Of a stretch of DNA of 64,000 nucleotides, positions 1-8,845 are shown piece after piece. Location: the sequence record PP456879.1; one strand, written 5' to 3'. The notes beneath the pieces are model-generated. The model was not told the origin of the DNA. It was given only the letters and a program-made list of their open reading frames with translations, and did no database searches. Position 1 is the stretch's first letter; the number at the start of each line of letters is the position of its first letter. The position numbers and the translations under genes were made by a program.

Positions 1-2
1 AA

Positions 3-233
<231 letters not shown>

Positions 234-236
234 GGT

Positions 237-267
237 CATAAGCCCTCCCCTAGGGGAGGGCATTATG
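237..267. terminator. Bidirectional intrinsic terminator (CCCTCCC hairpin family)
   Basis: cataagCCCTCCCC-ta-GGGGAGGGcattatg between convergent genes. Confidence 0.8.
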
Positions 268-274
268 TTGTATT

Positions 275-1564
275 TTACATTGCATAACCACGTTTAAAGT
301 CATCGATGACTTTATCAAATCGACGCTGCCATTCGCGAATAGCATCATTGAAGCCATGGATCTTATAATCTTCACTAACTACTTGTGCACACTTACCATA
401 ATAGTTAAGTACGCAACTAGCTGCTAGATATTGTGCTTGAGAATATTCAAACATCGTATCAGTAATACGACGCATACCTTCAAGGGAAGTGTTGATTAAT
501 TGAACAGACTCACCAATAGCATCAATAGTTTCTTGACTATAATTACGTGATAGTTGCTTTAACTTACGTAGAGTATCACTGCTATTGCGATATGCTTTTA
601 ACAAATCATCAAGTGGTGCGACAAAACGATCTTTTAACAGATGTGAGTTTTTCCAGAAATTCTTATCAGGGAAATCTGGAATGCTTGAACGATCAGGATA
701 CACTGTAGATAGTTCATTGCACCGGGTAGCTAGTTTACCAATCTCACGGATATTAGCGATAGGCATAAGTGCACGATAATCATCACCATTGTAATTAACA
801 TATTCAATGATAGTGCCAACTAGCTTTTCCATTGTACCTAGTTCAGTACGTGCTTCATTATTAATATTAATGATTTCTTTCTGGTAGTATACACTACCAA
901 ATGCAGCAGCATATACACGACTAGCTAGGATTTTAGGATCATCAATGATTGATTGTGCAATTGCATCAAACTTTTCTAGTAATGCATCCTTTCGATTACC
1001 TAATCGATTTTTAACTAGTAACTCTTGAAAGAGAGTACGTGCTTGATCAACTGCCCGGACAATCTTTCCATAACGAGTTGCTACAACAACATCACGCTTC
1101 TTAAAATCACTAATCCAACGCATCAGCTTAGCAAATAGTTCCATTAGTTTCTCAAACCAAGTCTTAAGAGTATTAATGATGGTAGCCATCACTGCCTCTT
1201 GAGAAATAGTCACATTAAGAGTACTACGGGTTGGTGTAAACATAGAAGCATATTGCTCAAGTGAAGCTACTGCTTTCTTAGGAGCTTCAAACCCTTCAGT
1301 GCTCATGCGCTTAACTAATGCTCGAATACCATCAACATCTGGTTTTGATACGCCTTCAAGTTTAGTGATTGCATAAATATCAGATAGCTGATGAATCGCT
1401 TCGACAGCTACACACATCTTAGCTAAAATTTCAGGAGCCGAGGCACTTGAAACAGTCTCTTCTTCGCCTTCAACCATCTCTGGTTGGTTCTCATCAAAGA
1501 AAAGTTTTTCCTCTTCGACATCTACTTCTTTAACATGAGACATGGGTTTAACCTCACTCATCAA
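275..1564 (-). CDS. Virion head protein with acidic N-terminal propeptide (gp86-like)
   Basis: 429 aa; acidic N-terminus with S/A-X-E motifs (APE, STE, SLE, SQE) then an amphipathic helix (TIINTLKTWFEKLMELF), typical of protease-processed phiKZ head proteins. Confidence 0.6.
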   Translation of the reverse strand: MMSEVKPMSHVKEVDVEEEKLFFDENQPEMVEGEEETVSSASAPEILAKMCVAVEAIHQLSDIYAITKLEGVSKPDVDGIRALVKRMSTEGFEAPKKAVASLEQYASMFTPTRSTLNVTISQEAVMATIINTLKTWFEKLMELFAKLMRWISDFKKRDVVVATRYGKIVRAVDQARTLFQELLVKNRLGNRKDALLEKFDAIAQSIIDDPKILASRVYAAAFGSVYYQKEIININNEARTELGTMEKLVGTIIEYVNYNGDDYRALMPIANIREIGKLATRCNELSTVYPDRSSIPDFPDKNFWKNSHLLKDRFVAPLDDLLKAYRNSSDTLRKLKQLSRNYSQETIDAIGESVQLINTSLEGMRRITDTMFEYSQAQYLAASCVLNYYGKCAQVVSEDYKIHGFNDAIREWQRRFDKVIDDFKRGYAM

Positions 1565-2003
1565 TACTACCGATTAATTGATTTAATGCATTACCCATGT
1601 CTGCTTGGATACGGTTATAATCTGAGCCATTAACAACGGCAGAGACAATATTGATATCATCGACAGTTAGATAATCATTAGCGGTATCAGATGTCAGTAC
1701 AGCTTTGACAAGACATGGATCAGTAATACCGTTGATAAGACTTTGGCGAATGCGAAGAATATTGTTAAAATATGTTACGGCTAGTTTAGTATCAACTGCA
1801 ATATTCTCATTAACTTTACTTAAGATTTTCTTAAATTTAGCAACAGCTTTATCCTGTTGTTCATTGAAATCAAGTAAAATCTCAAATGGAATCTGTAATG
1901 CCACCGCATTAGCTAGGAGCATTGCGCGGGTTTTACGATCAGAACCACCTAAGTTAGGCAGTTGCTTTAGAATACGGGAAAGTTCAAAACCTAATTGTTG
2001 CAT
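1554..2003 (-). CDS. Hypothetical, probably virion protein (gp85-like)
   Basis: 149-aa ORF tightly packed in the operon. Confidence 0.7.
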   Translation of the reverse strand: MQQLGFELSRILKQLPNLGGSDRKTRAMLLANAVALQIPFEILLDFNEQQDKAVAKFKKILSKVNENIAVDTKLAVTYFNNILRIRQSLINGITDPCLVKAVLTSDTANDYLTVDDINIVSAVVNGSDYNRIQADMGNALNQLIGSIDE

Positions 2004-2014
2004 GATTTTTCTCT

Positions 2015-3256
2015 CTATTTAGTTAAGCGGTAGGCTCTTACAAATAAGTCATTATTTAATAGACTTTCTAAAGTATCTTCTAATTCAGTAGCCCGTTTAT
2101 CTTTACGACGCTGGGGACTAAGGAAATCTAAAATTTTATCAAAAATGGTCCACTCATTAGCTAAATCATTTATCAATGAATCAATTACTTTAATGTCATC
2201 ATCAATTCCTGGTTTTAGTGATGAGTCCTTTACCCATTTAAGTTGTGCTACTAGATCTTGTTTAATTTTCATTAAACGTTGTCGTTGTTTGTCATAACGT
2301 GAACTAATTGGATCATATCCAACTTTTAAATTACCGGCAATGATACCTAGTGTAACAGGTAAACCAATGATCATAAATAGACCTTTGAATACCTCAGCAG
2401 TAATATGGCTAGAAACAGATTTATATTCACGGTCATTATAATACCGACCTGATTTAGTTAATGCCGTTGCCAGTGGCCTTCCATAACCTAATCGAGTGGC
2501 GAATAAATCAGCTAATTGTTCATCGCGTTTACGTGATTGAACATCACCAGTTAAATGCGGACGTTGCGCTTTCTTAAATGATGATAGAATGACTTTACGA
2601 ATATTTCCTTCAGTCCTATCATTAGCAAACTTCTCATAATCGGCTGGATCAACGTTTTTCTTTAACCATGTTTCATCCAATAATTGAATCTTATACTTAT
2701 TAGCTTTCCTACCCTGTAAGATAAGTATACCTTCAGTAAGTGCATAGTTAAGATAGACGTAGTCACCCATTGTAGCCAGTGTTTCCCAACAATGCCCAAT
2801 TTCATGTAATGTAATGGCAGTAGCTTCTGCTATACTAACACGGTTAATAGCCGATAATAAACCAATAGATAAACCGACCTTGTATTTAAAAGTTGAAACA
2901 GCCTCACCCGTAACTTTTAAATTTGTTAAATCAATATTAATGAATGTATTGACACCTTGCTCAGTTGCTAAAGTAACTCGATTAATATTGTCAAATTTAC
3001 TACCAGTATGTCCAACTGTAAAGGATGTGTATGCACCACCCATTATACCCTGATCATCCAGGTGTGTAAACTCTATATTCATATTGAGGATCTTAGAAAC
3101 ATCATCACTCAGTGACCTAAAATCATTAATATCTATTCTCTGTTGATTATCTAATTTATCACGAATCTTGGTTAGATGTTCTTCGATCAATGGACCTAAG
3201 TCACGCTTAACATTCACATCTAACACTTCATTAGAGATTTCTATCGTATGTAGCAT
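2015..3256 (-). CDS. Zincin-like metallopeptidase-domain virion protein (gp84-like)
   Basis: HEIGH (HExxH) plus downstream EQLADLFATRLGYG motif. Confidence 0.7.
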   Translation of the reverse strand: MLHTIEISNEVLDVNVKRDLGPLIEEHLTKIRDKLDNQQRIDINDFRSLSDDVSKILNMNIEFTHLDDQGIMGGAYTSFTVGHTGSKFDNINRVTLATEQGVNTFINIDLTNLKVTGEAVSTFKYKVGLSIGLLSAINRVSIAEATAITLHEIGHCWETLATMGDYVYLNYALTEGILILQGRKANKYKIQLLDETWLKKNVDPADYEKFANDRTEGNIRKVILSSFKKAQRPHLTGDVQSRKRDEQLADLFATRLGYGRPLATALTKSGRYYNDREYKSVSSHITAEVFKGLFMIIGLPVTLGIIAGNLKVGYDPISSRYDKQRQRLMKIKQDLVAQLKWVKDSSLKPGIDDDIKVIDSLINDLANEWTIFDKILDFLSPQRRKDKRATELEDTLESLLNNDLFVRAYRLTK

Positions 3257-3357
3257 TTTATATCTCTACCAGTATTAATTTATAATCATAAAGATAAGGC
3301 TGCGTTGTATAGAATTCAATCTTATGCACTACGTATTATAAAAGAGGCGCACACAAA

Positions 3358-4872
3358 ATGTTTGAGTTATTGTTGTCTTCTGGACTAACAAATACGCCTA
3401 TATATTCCGATCCTTATCCAGGTCCTAAAACACTGATAGCTGGGACAAGGGAATTAGGTTTGTATGGTGAAACAACATCTTCAGAATTATTTGGTTATGA
3501 TGATGCAGCTAAATTAGTTAATATGACATTTGGAACAGTAATCAATGATGGACAACCATGGTTAAAGTTCTCTAATAAAAATGTTACTTGTTACATACCA
3601 AAGAAACCAGCTCGTAAATCAATACAAAAATCACGGCTTAATAATGCCGGACTCCGTAATGGTGACTATGAAGTTAGATTTATGGGGAACATTTATAAAT
3701 TTGGTTTATTAACAATGGCTGGTGCCACATCAGAATGGCAAAGGTTACTTTATAATGTTCACGTATCTAATTTAAATGGTGCTAACTGGCCTTATAAATT
3801 TACAGATAATGACTTAGGTATTAACCAAGCGGTCGCTGGTGGTATTAGCACTGATGGTACTACTAACTGGGGAAGAGACCCAGGTAGTGATCCAGTTAAT
3901 GACCAGCTCTATCGTGGCTACTATGCGATTGATATAACTAGCTCGTCAAGTAGTGAAACGGGTGCTGCAACCCAAGGTTGGCGTCCAGTGGTTTATGCTA
4001 GTGGTACATATCCATTCGTTAAAGATAATGTTATTAAACTTACTGATTTTGAAACTGATAACGAAATGGCAGCAGGTGCCCAAATAGGTAACTTAGTCTA
4101 TTATTACGGTGGTAAGAATAATGCTAATACTGCTCTACGTACACTGAATTTAGTCACGGGTAAGTTAACAACATTACAACCAACTGGTACGCCTATAGCA
4201 GTTAAACAATGCTCGGCTGTTGCATTTAATGGTAAAGTATATTTCTATGGTGGTGAAAGTGCCACAGATGGTGTACTTACTAAAGATATGCAGTGTTATG
4301 ATCCTGCAACTAATACATGGGAAATAAAATCACCAGGCACGATAGCTTGCCGGTATGCACGTGGAACTAGTCTTAATGGGTTAATCTACATATTAGGTGC
4401 AGCTGATACAACTGCGACAAATAATCGTGGATTTACATTAATGTACAATCCAACTACAGATACATATACCAGTGGTGCAGCATTTAATGATACTGGGGAA
4501 TATACCCAAGATTATTCAGTGAGTATTTATAATAATAGCGTATGCGTTATTGGTGGTACGGTTGGTGCTGGTGTTAACACTGGAATCATATCGTACAATC
4601 AAACCAACAATAATTGGTCCAAACCAATAACTACAGGTATACCTCTTGGTGCAGCTATTAATATACGCCCATCTGGTGAACTTTATGTAATCGCTGGTGA
4701 AAATCAAAATAACGCACCAATTAAGTATTATGAACCACGATTAGCACGATGGATAAATTTAGGTAATTTAGAAACTGGTTTAGTGGATGCAGGTTTTGCC
4801 AATACGTTTAATAATGACGGTAAGATTTATGTTCTAAACGGTAATCAGAATTTAAAATACCAAATTAGTTAA
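3358..4872 (+). CDS. gp131-family baseplate/fibre protein with Kelch beta-propeller (gp83-like)
   Basis: N-terminal PGPKTLIAG...WLKF...KKP.R signature; C-terminal Kelch repeats (VYYYGG, VYFYGG, IYILG, VCVIGG, LYVIAG, IYVLNG). Confidence 0.75.
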   Translation: MFELLLSSGLTNTPIYSDPYPGPKTLIAGTRELGLYGETTSSELFGYDDAAKLVNMTFGTVINDGQPWLKFSNKNVTCYIPKKPARKSIQKSRLNNAGLRNGDYEVRFMGNIYKFGLLTMAGATSEWQRLLYNVHVSNLNGANWPYKFTDNDLGINQAVAGGISTDGTTNWGRDPGSDPVNDQLYRGYYAIDITSSSSSETGAATQGWRPVVYASGTYPFVKDNVIKLTDFETDNEMAAGAQIGNLVYYYGGKNNANTALRTLNLVTGKLTTLQPTGTPIAVKQCSAVAFNGKVYFYGGESATDGVLTKDMQCYDPATNTWEIKSPGTIACRYARGTSLNGLIYILGAADTTATNNRGFTLMYNPTTDTYTSGAAFNDTGEYTQDYSVSIYNNSVCVIGGTVGAGVNTGIISYNQTNNNWSKPITTGIPLGAAINIRPSGELYVIAGENQNNAPIKYYEPRLARWINLGNLETGLVDAGFANTFNNDGKIYVLNGNQNLKYQIS

Positions 4873-4876
4873 CGAA

Positions 4877-4907
4877 ATAAACCCTCCCGTAATGGGAGGG
4901 TTTTATG
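4877..4907. terminator. Bidirectional terminator (CCCTCCC family)
   Basis: aaaCCCTCCC-gtaat-GGGAGGGtttt between convergent genes. Confidence 0.8.
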
Positions 4908-4975
4908 ATGTGTCGAAGTTTATGTTAGCAGTAATGATCAATTGATAATATTTAATTAGGAATACCTTCCATTTT

Positions 4976-5344
4976 TTAATATCCTTCATTAAGTAGTTCT
5001 GCTAGAGCACGTGCCTGTGAAATATCAGTAGAAGCAAAAACATCAGAAAGATAGTTATCATGTTCTTTTGCATTCTGACGCAATTCATCCATTAGATGTT
5101 TATTAGATACCGCCCATACTTTCCACAGATTTTTATAATCATCATATTTGGGATTATACCCGTCTAGTGGTGGTTTTCCTTTACCAGCTTTCCAATGGTT
5201 GGAGTATATGCGATATCCTTTACAATCTAACTGCCAAGCTTCCTCAATTGTTCTGCCATCAGGAAGCCTTGCGTAAAGAGCCGAGAATCTTTTGTCACCA
5301 ACAGATGAACATTCATATCCTCCTCGGCGCTTCCACTGATATAT
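4976..5344 (-). CDS. Unannotated 122-codon ORF with no ATG/GTG/TTG at its 5' end (ATA start or -1 frameshift extension of the polymerase subunit)
   Basis: Hand translation IYQWKRRGGYECSSVGDKRFSALYARLPDGRTIEEAWQLDCKGY...ARALAELLNEGY*; fills the gap to the terminator; the ATA overlaps the upstream TAA (TAATA). Confidence 0.75.
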   Translation of the reverse strand: MYQWKRRGGYECSSVGDKRFSALYARLPDGRTIEEAWQLDCKGYRIYSNHWKAGKGKPPLDGYNPKYDDYKNLWKVWAVSNKHLMDELRQNAKEHDNYLSDVFASTDISQARALAELLNEGY

Positions 5345-7260
5345 TACTTTGGGTTCTTATAGGTATTAATAAACTTCTCTAGCAGGGTGTCCATTTTAGG
5401 AGCACCCATGATCTTCTGTGTGATTTCAATAGCATTAACCCTACCACCTGTTAAGTTTACGCCAACTTCACGGCGATGGTGTTCACTAATTCCTTCCATC
5501 ATTGAGAATTCCATCACACATGTTTCACGTGCAATATTTAGAATCTGACTAACGTTAGGATATGTCGACACGATGTCAAGGTCGGCGATATGACAGAAGA
5601 TTAAGGTTTTATAATTCGGTAAATCTTTAACACACTGCAATCCATTTGGACCTGCCATGTATGATGGTAGTGTAACAATCCAATCATTATGGCCAATAAC
5701 ATATTGATCAAGTTCATGCACCATCTGATCTGAACTTGAACCAATGACACATGGCTCTGGTCTATTCAAATACCAGAAGTGCATATCGTCACATAGTCGT
5801 TTTGGGTTAGAACTAAAGTTCTTATAGTCAGATGCCTTAGAGAATAGACTTATAGAGCGACCAAGGTCATTTACTTGTTCATCAAGTTGTTCTAGTCGAA
5901 TGGAGTCGATGATGTTATAAAGACCATATTTGATTTTATGCTTAGTCTGCATCTCACGGTGCCAATCGATACCACCAAGATGTGCAGTTTCTTTAAAGGT
6001 TAACTTACCAAATTCCATTACATATCTAATAGAATCACCATAGGTAAAGTTATCATTTAATATAAAATCATCCACCGGTACCCATTCATTACTACCTACA
6101 TTTTTAATATATTTAGTAATAACGCCGCCTGGTCGGTCAACTAGTTGTTTATTAAAACCTTCAATAAAATCTTCTAAGTCCTTATCATTTTTAATGGTCG
6201 TGGATTTATCGATGTTTAGTTCTTTTCTAAGAATAGACTCTAACCGATAGTTAGGATCACGTCCTTTAGCTAATCGAGTTACTCGATAAGTTGACATAGA
6301 ATCGATACATTGAAAACTAGAGGGTGCTGTAATCCAATGCCATTGATCCTCCGGTCCTTTAGATTTAGTGACCCCAGATGCAGTGGTGGTCATAGGTTCA
6401 TCAATCTTAAAATGGAAATACCTATAATTCTTAGGTACCGATGGATCAGAAAAAACATCAGCTGGATTAACACCATAGTGTTCTAATGTTTTTAAGATTC
6501 TACCAATGTCGAAGCTAATATTCCAGAATGCGAAGAAATCTGGTTTCCAGGTATGTAGTCGTTTAAAACATTCAATAATAATATCTACTGGTGTTTCAAC
6601 AACCATTACTTCAATATCTAGACCACGTTCTTTAATTAGATGTGATAATACCTCTTCTTTTTGTGCTTGTTCTAATGTCTCTTTCACTGGATCTTCAATA
6701 TCACTAACCCATCGTTTTAAATAGGCTAGGAAAGCTTTGTTCTTATGTGTAACTGACATACAGATAATCTGGCCATCGTTCTCAGCTTCATAAACGTTGG
6801 TTTCGATGTCACCGCCAGCAACAGTGTTTAGAGAGATTAGACCAGGATAACGTTCTTGATAATCATGCTTCAGATAACAGGTTGAACTAACATCACTGCC
6901 ATATAGGTAAGGACTACGCGCTAGTTGACGAAGAGATCTAGCCGAATAGTCACCTAGGATTTTACTAATCTTACGTTTCATGTCAATTTGAGTTGACATG
7001 TATTTAACTAAGTTACGCTCATATTCGTAATCTTTCTTTTCTTTATGGTTACGCATTCCTTTTGCGGTAATCCAAAAAGGACGCTGGTAGTTTTCCCACA
7101 TCCTTAAATTATTTGCAGTTGTACCATCTTCAAAATGAATTCGTTCTTTAACGAAATGCGCATCTGTAAACTTACCAAATTGATCAGTACAATAAGTAAT
7201 ATGTTTGGCTTCAATGCCCTTAATCTTTTTCTTATTTGTAACCTGTTGTTCATTAGACAT
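5344..7260 (-). CDS. Split family-B DNA polymerase, N-terminal subunit (3'-5' exonuclease + motif A; gp82-like)
   Basis: ExoI DIET, ExoII WNISFD, ExoIII YNIID, PolB motif A DLDIVSTYP. Confidence 0.85.
   Translation of the reverse strand: MSNEQQVTNKKKIKGIEAKHITYCTDQFGKFTDAHFVKERIHFEDGTTANNLRMWENYQRPFWITAKGMRNHKEKKDYEYERNLVKYMSTQIDMKRKISKILGDYSARSLRQLARSPYLYGSDVSSTCYLKHDYQERYPGLISLNTVAGGDIETNVYEAENDGQIICMSVTHKNKAFLAYLKRWVSDIEDPVKETLEQAQKEEVLSHLIKERGLDIEVMVVETPVDIIIECFKRLHTWKPDFFAFWNISFDIGRILKTLEHYGVNPADVFSDPSVPKNYRYFHFKIDEPMTTTASGVTKSKGPEDQWHWITAPSSFQCIDSMSTYRVTRLAKGRDPNYRLESILRKELNIDKSTTIKNDKDLEDFIEGFNKQLVDRPGGVITKYIKNVGSNEWVPVDDFILNDNFTYGDSIRYVMEFGKLTFKETAHLGGIDWHREMQTKHKIKYGLYNIIDSIRLEQLDEQVNDLGRSISLFSKASDYKNFSSNPKRLCDDMHFWYLNRPEPCVIGSSSDQMVHELDQYVIGHNDWIVTLPSYMAGPNGLQCVKDLPNYKTLIFCHIADLDIVSTYPNVSQILNIARETCVMEFSMMEGISEHHRREVGVNLTGGRVNAIEITQKIMGAPKMDTLLEKFINTYKNPK
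5347..5353 (-). promoter_or_regulatory. Candidate -1 slippery heptamer C-CCA-AAG
   Basis: AAC CCA AAG TAA ends the polymerase subunit; the -1 frame is open from here for 123 further codons. Confidence 0.4.
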
Positions 7261-7326
7261 TGCTATAACCTCAGCACATATTGATATTTATCTACGTACT
7301 ATATTAGTGCCTAGTAAAAGTAATAA

Positions 7327-7362
7327 TCAGCATAAAGCCTCCCCTAGGGGAGGCAATATGTT
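7327..7362 (-). terminator. Terminator hairpin, identical over 36 bp to 54851-54886
   Basis: tcagcataaaGCCTCCCC-ta-GGGGAGGCaatatgtt. Confidence 0.75.
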
Positions 7363-8783
7363 TACATACCAGCTTTCTGCCGGAAGAAGTGTAGAACGAG
7401 TTGCCGCTTACCTTCAGGGATGAAACGTGCAAGATAGTTAATATCTACCTGATAAAGCGCATCTGATACATCACTAGTAAATAGGCAGAATAGAGTAAGA
7501 AGATTAATGTGTGCTTCTTGACGGTTATTCTGAGTAGGTAGAGTAGCAACAAAGCGAAGTGCGTTAGATTCACTAAATAGAGTATTACGATTTTTCTTAA
7601 CGAAATCAAAGATAATATCCATGCCTGATTTAAAGCCTTCAATATCTTCGATTGTCATTACGTAGTTGAATACATCATCTAGTTTCTTTTGTGCATCGCC
7701 ACCACGTTCGATAGTGATATAGTCACCAGGTTTAGCACCAGTGGCAAACTGCTCTAGACGAGATTCGATAAATACTTGGTTCATTTTGGTCATACCTTTA
7801 CGAAGTACAGGTTCATTAGATGTTGATTCACTATTCAAGATTTTAACTTCCCCGGTTGGTTTAATATCATCTTTACCAGAGAATACTTTCCATTGTTCAA
7901 CAATAGTTTCAATATCTTGACTAGTGGTAGGTAAGAATAAACGATCGCGTAACTCAATAGCAATTTTAAAATCTTTTATCAGATTACTATTTTTAATAAG
8001 TCCTTCAGCCCAGTCTTCAAGCTCTGCTGTCGTCCAATCGGTAGGTGGAGCATTATCACGAATAACACTATTAACCCAACTACCACGTAGTGTTTTTGGT
8101 GGAGTAATACCTTGTTTAACAAAATCAACCACTTCTTGGGTAGACCAATCTAGTGGAATATCACTAGTGTGAATACGCAGTTGCTTGACTAATTCTTCAA
8201 GCTTGATACTGTCTTCAGTATTGCGAATATCTTGTTTCAGAGTATCTTCATTAACTACCGGTACAATTACTTCCTCAGTAGTCTCATTCTCTTTAGCCCT
8301 TTTAGTTAAAATATCATCAGCAATATCGGCAATATCATTAACTACACCAGTTAGACGATGGTTAGCAGCATCGATTAGTTCATCATCTGACCATTCATCA
8401 TAAGGACGATATTTACGGGTTGGGTCAAATACAAAGCTACCGAGTTCAGTTTTACCTTTAGCAATGCCATCATTGGTAAACCATTCAATGACGTTTTCAT
8501 CTGTCCATGTTTCAGGAATATCATGGTCAGTACGCAGTGCATTTACATTAACTTTAGCTAATTCTGAGGTATCGTTAACTGTATTAACTGAAGAATTAAT
8601 ATCATCTGCTGTAGCATATACTTCCTCAGGAGATACTAATTCAATATTTGTTAATCCTCGACCAATTTCAGAAGTTGGCTTATCTTCAGTTACTTCTGAT
8701 AAAACTTCGTCTTTGACAATAGGTTTTTCAGGTAAACGATTGAGTTGAGGAAACTTTCCAAATCGTTGATTCTTTTTAGACAT
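7362..8783 (-). CDS. Conserved hypothetical protein with internal repeat (gp81-like)
   Basis: 473 aa; SD AAGGA; duplicated DIP..W...V..F...KT..GS.V...W...EL unit. Confidence 0.8.
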   Translation of the reverse strand: MSKKNQRFGKFPQLNRLPEKPIVKDEVLSEVTEDKPTSEIGRGLTNIELVSPEEVYATADDINSSVNTVNDTSELAKVNVNALRTDHDIPETWTDENVIEWFTNDGIAKGKTELGSFVFDPTRKYRPYDEWSDDELIDAANHRLTGVVNDIADIADDILTKRAKENETTEEVIVPVVNEDTLKQDIRNTEDSIKLEELVKQLRIHTSDIPLDWSTQEVVDFVKQGITPPKTLRGSWVNSVIRDNAPPTDWTTAELEDWAEGLIKNSNLIKDFKIAIELRDRLFLPTTSQDIETIVEQWKVFSGKDDIKPTGEVKILNSESTSNEPVLRKGMTKMNQVFIESRLEQFATGAKPGDYITIERGGDAQKKLDDVFNYVMTIEDIEGFKSGMDIIFDFVKKNRNTLFSESNALRFVATLPTQNNRQEAHINLLTLFCLFTSDVSDALYQVDINYLARFIPEGKRQLVLHFFRQKAGM

Positions 8784-8845
8784 TACTAGTTCCTTTCGGG
8801 TTATAATCTAAATAATGGAGAAGCTGAGTAACTTCTCCATCTATT

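Noticed and set aside
5227-5316. 29-aa ORF with GAGGAGG just upstream, in the polymerase frame
   Set aside because: SD-ATG spacing is only ~2 nt; the purine run comes from RGG codons of the overlapping 122-codon ORF, which looks far more protein-like
5167-5382. + strand 71-aa ORF from the track
   Set aside because: Antisense shadow of the 122-codon ORF and the polymerase end; no SD
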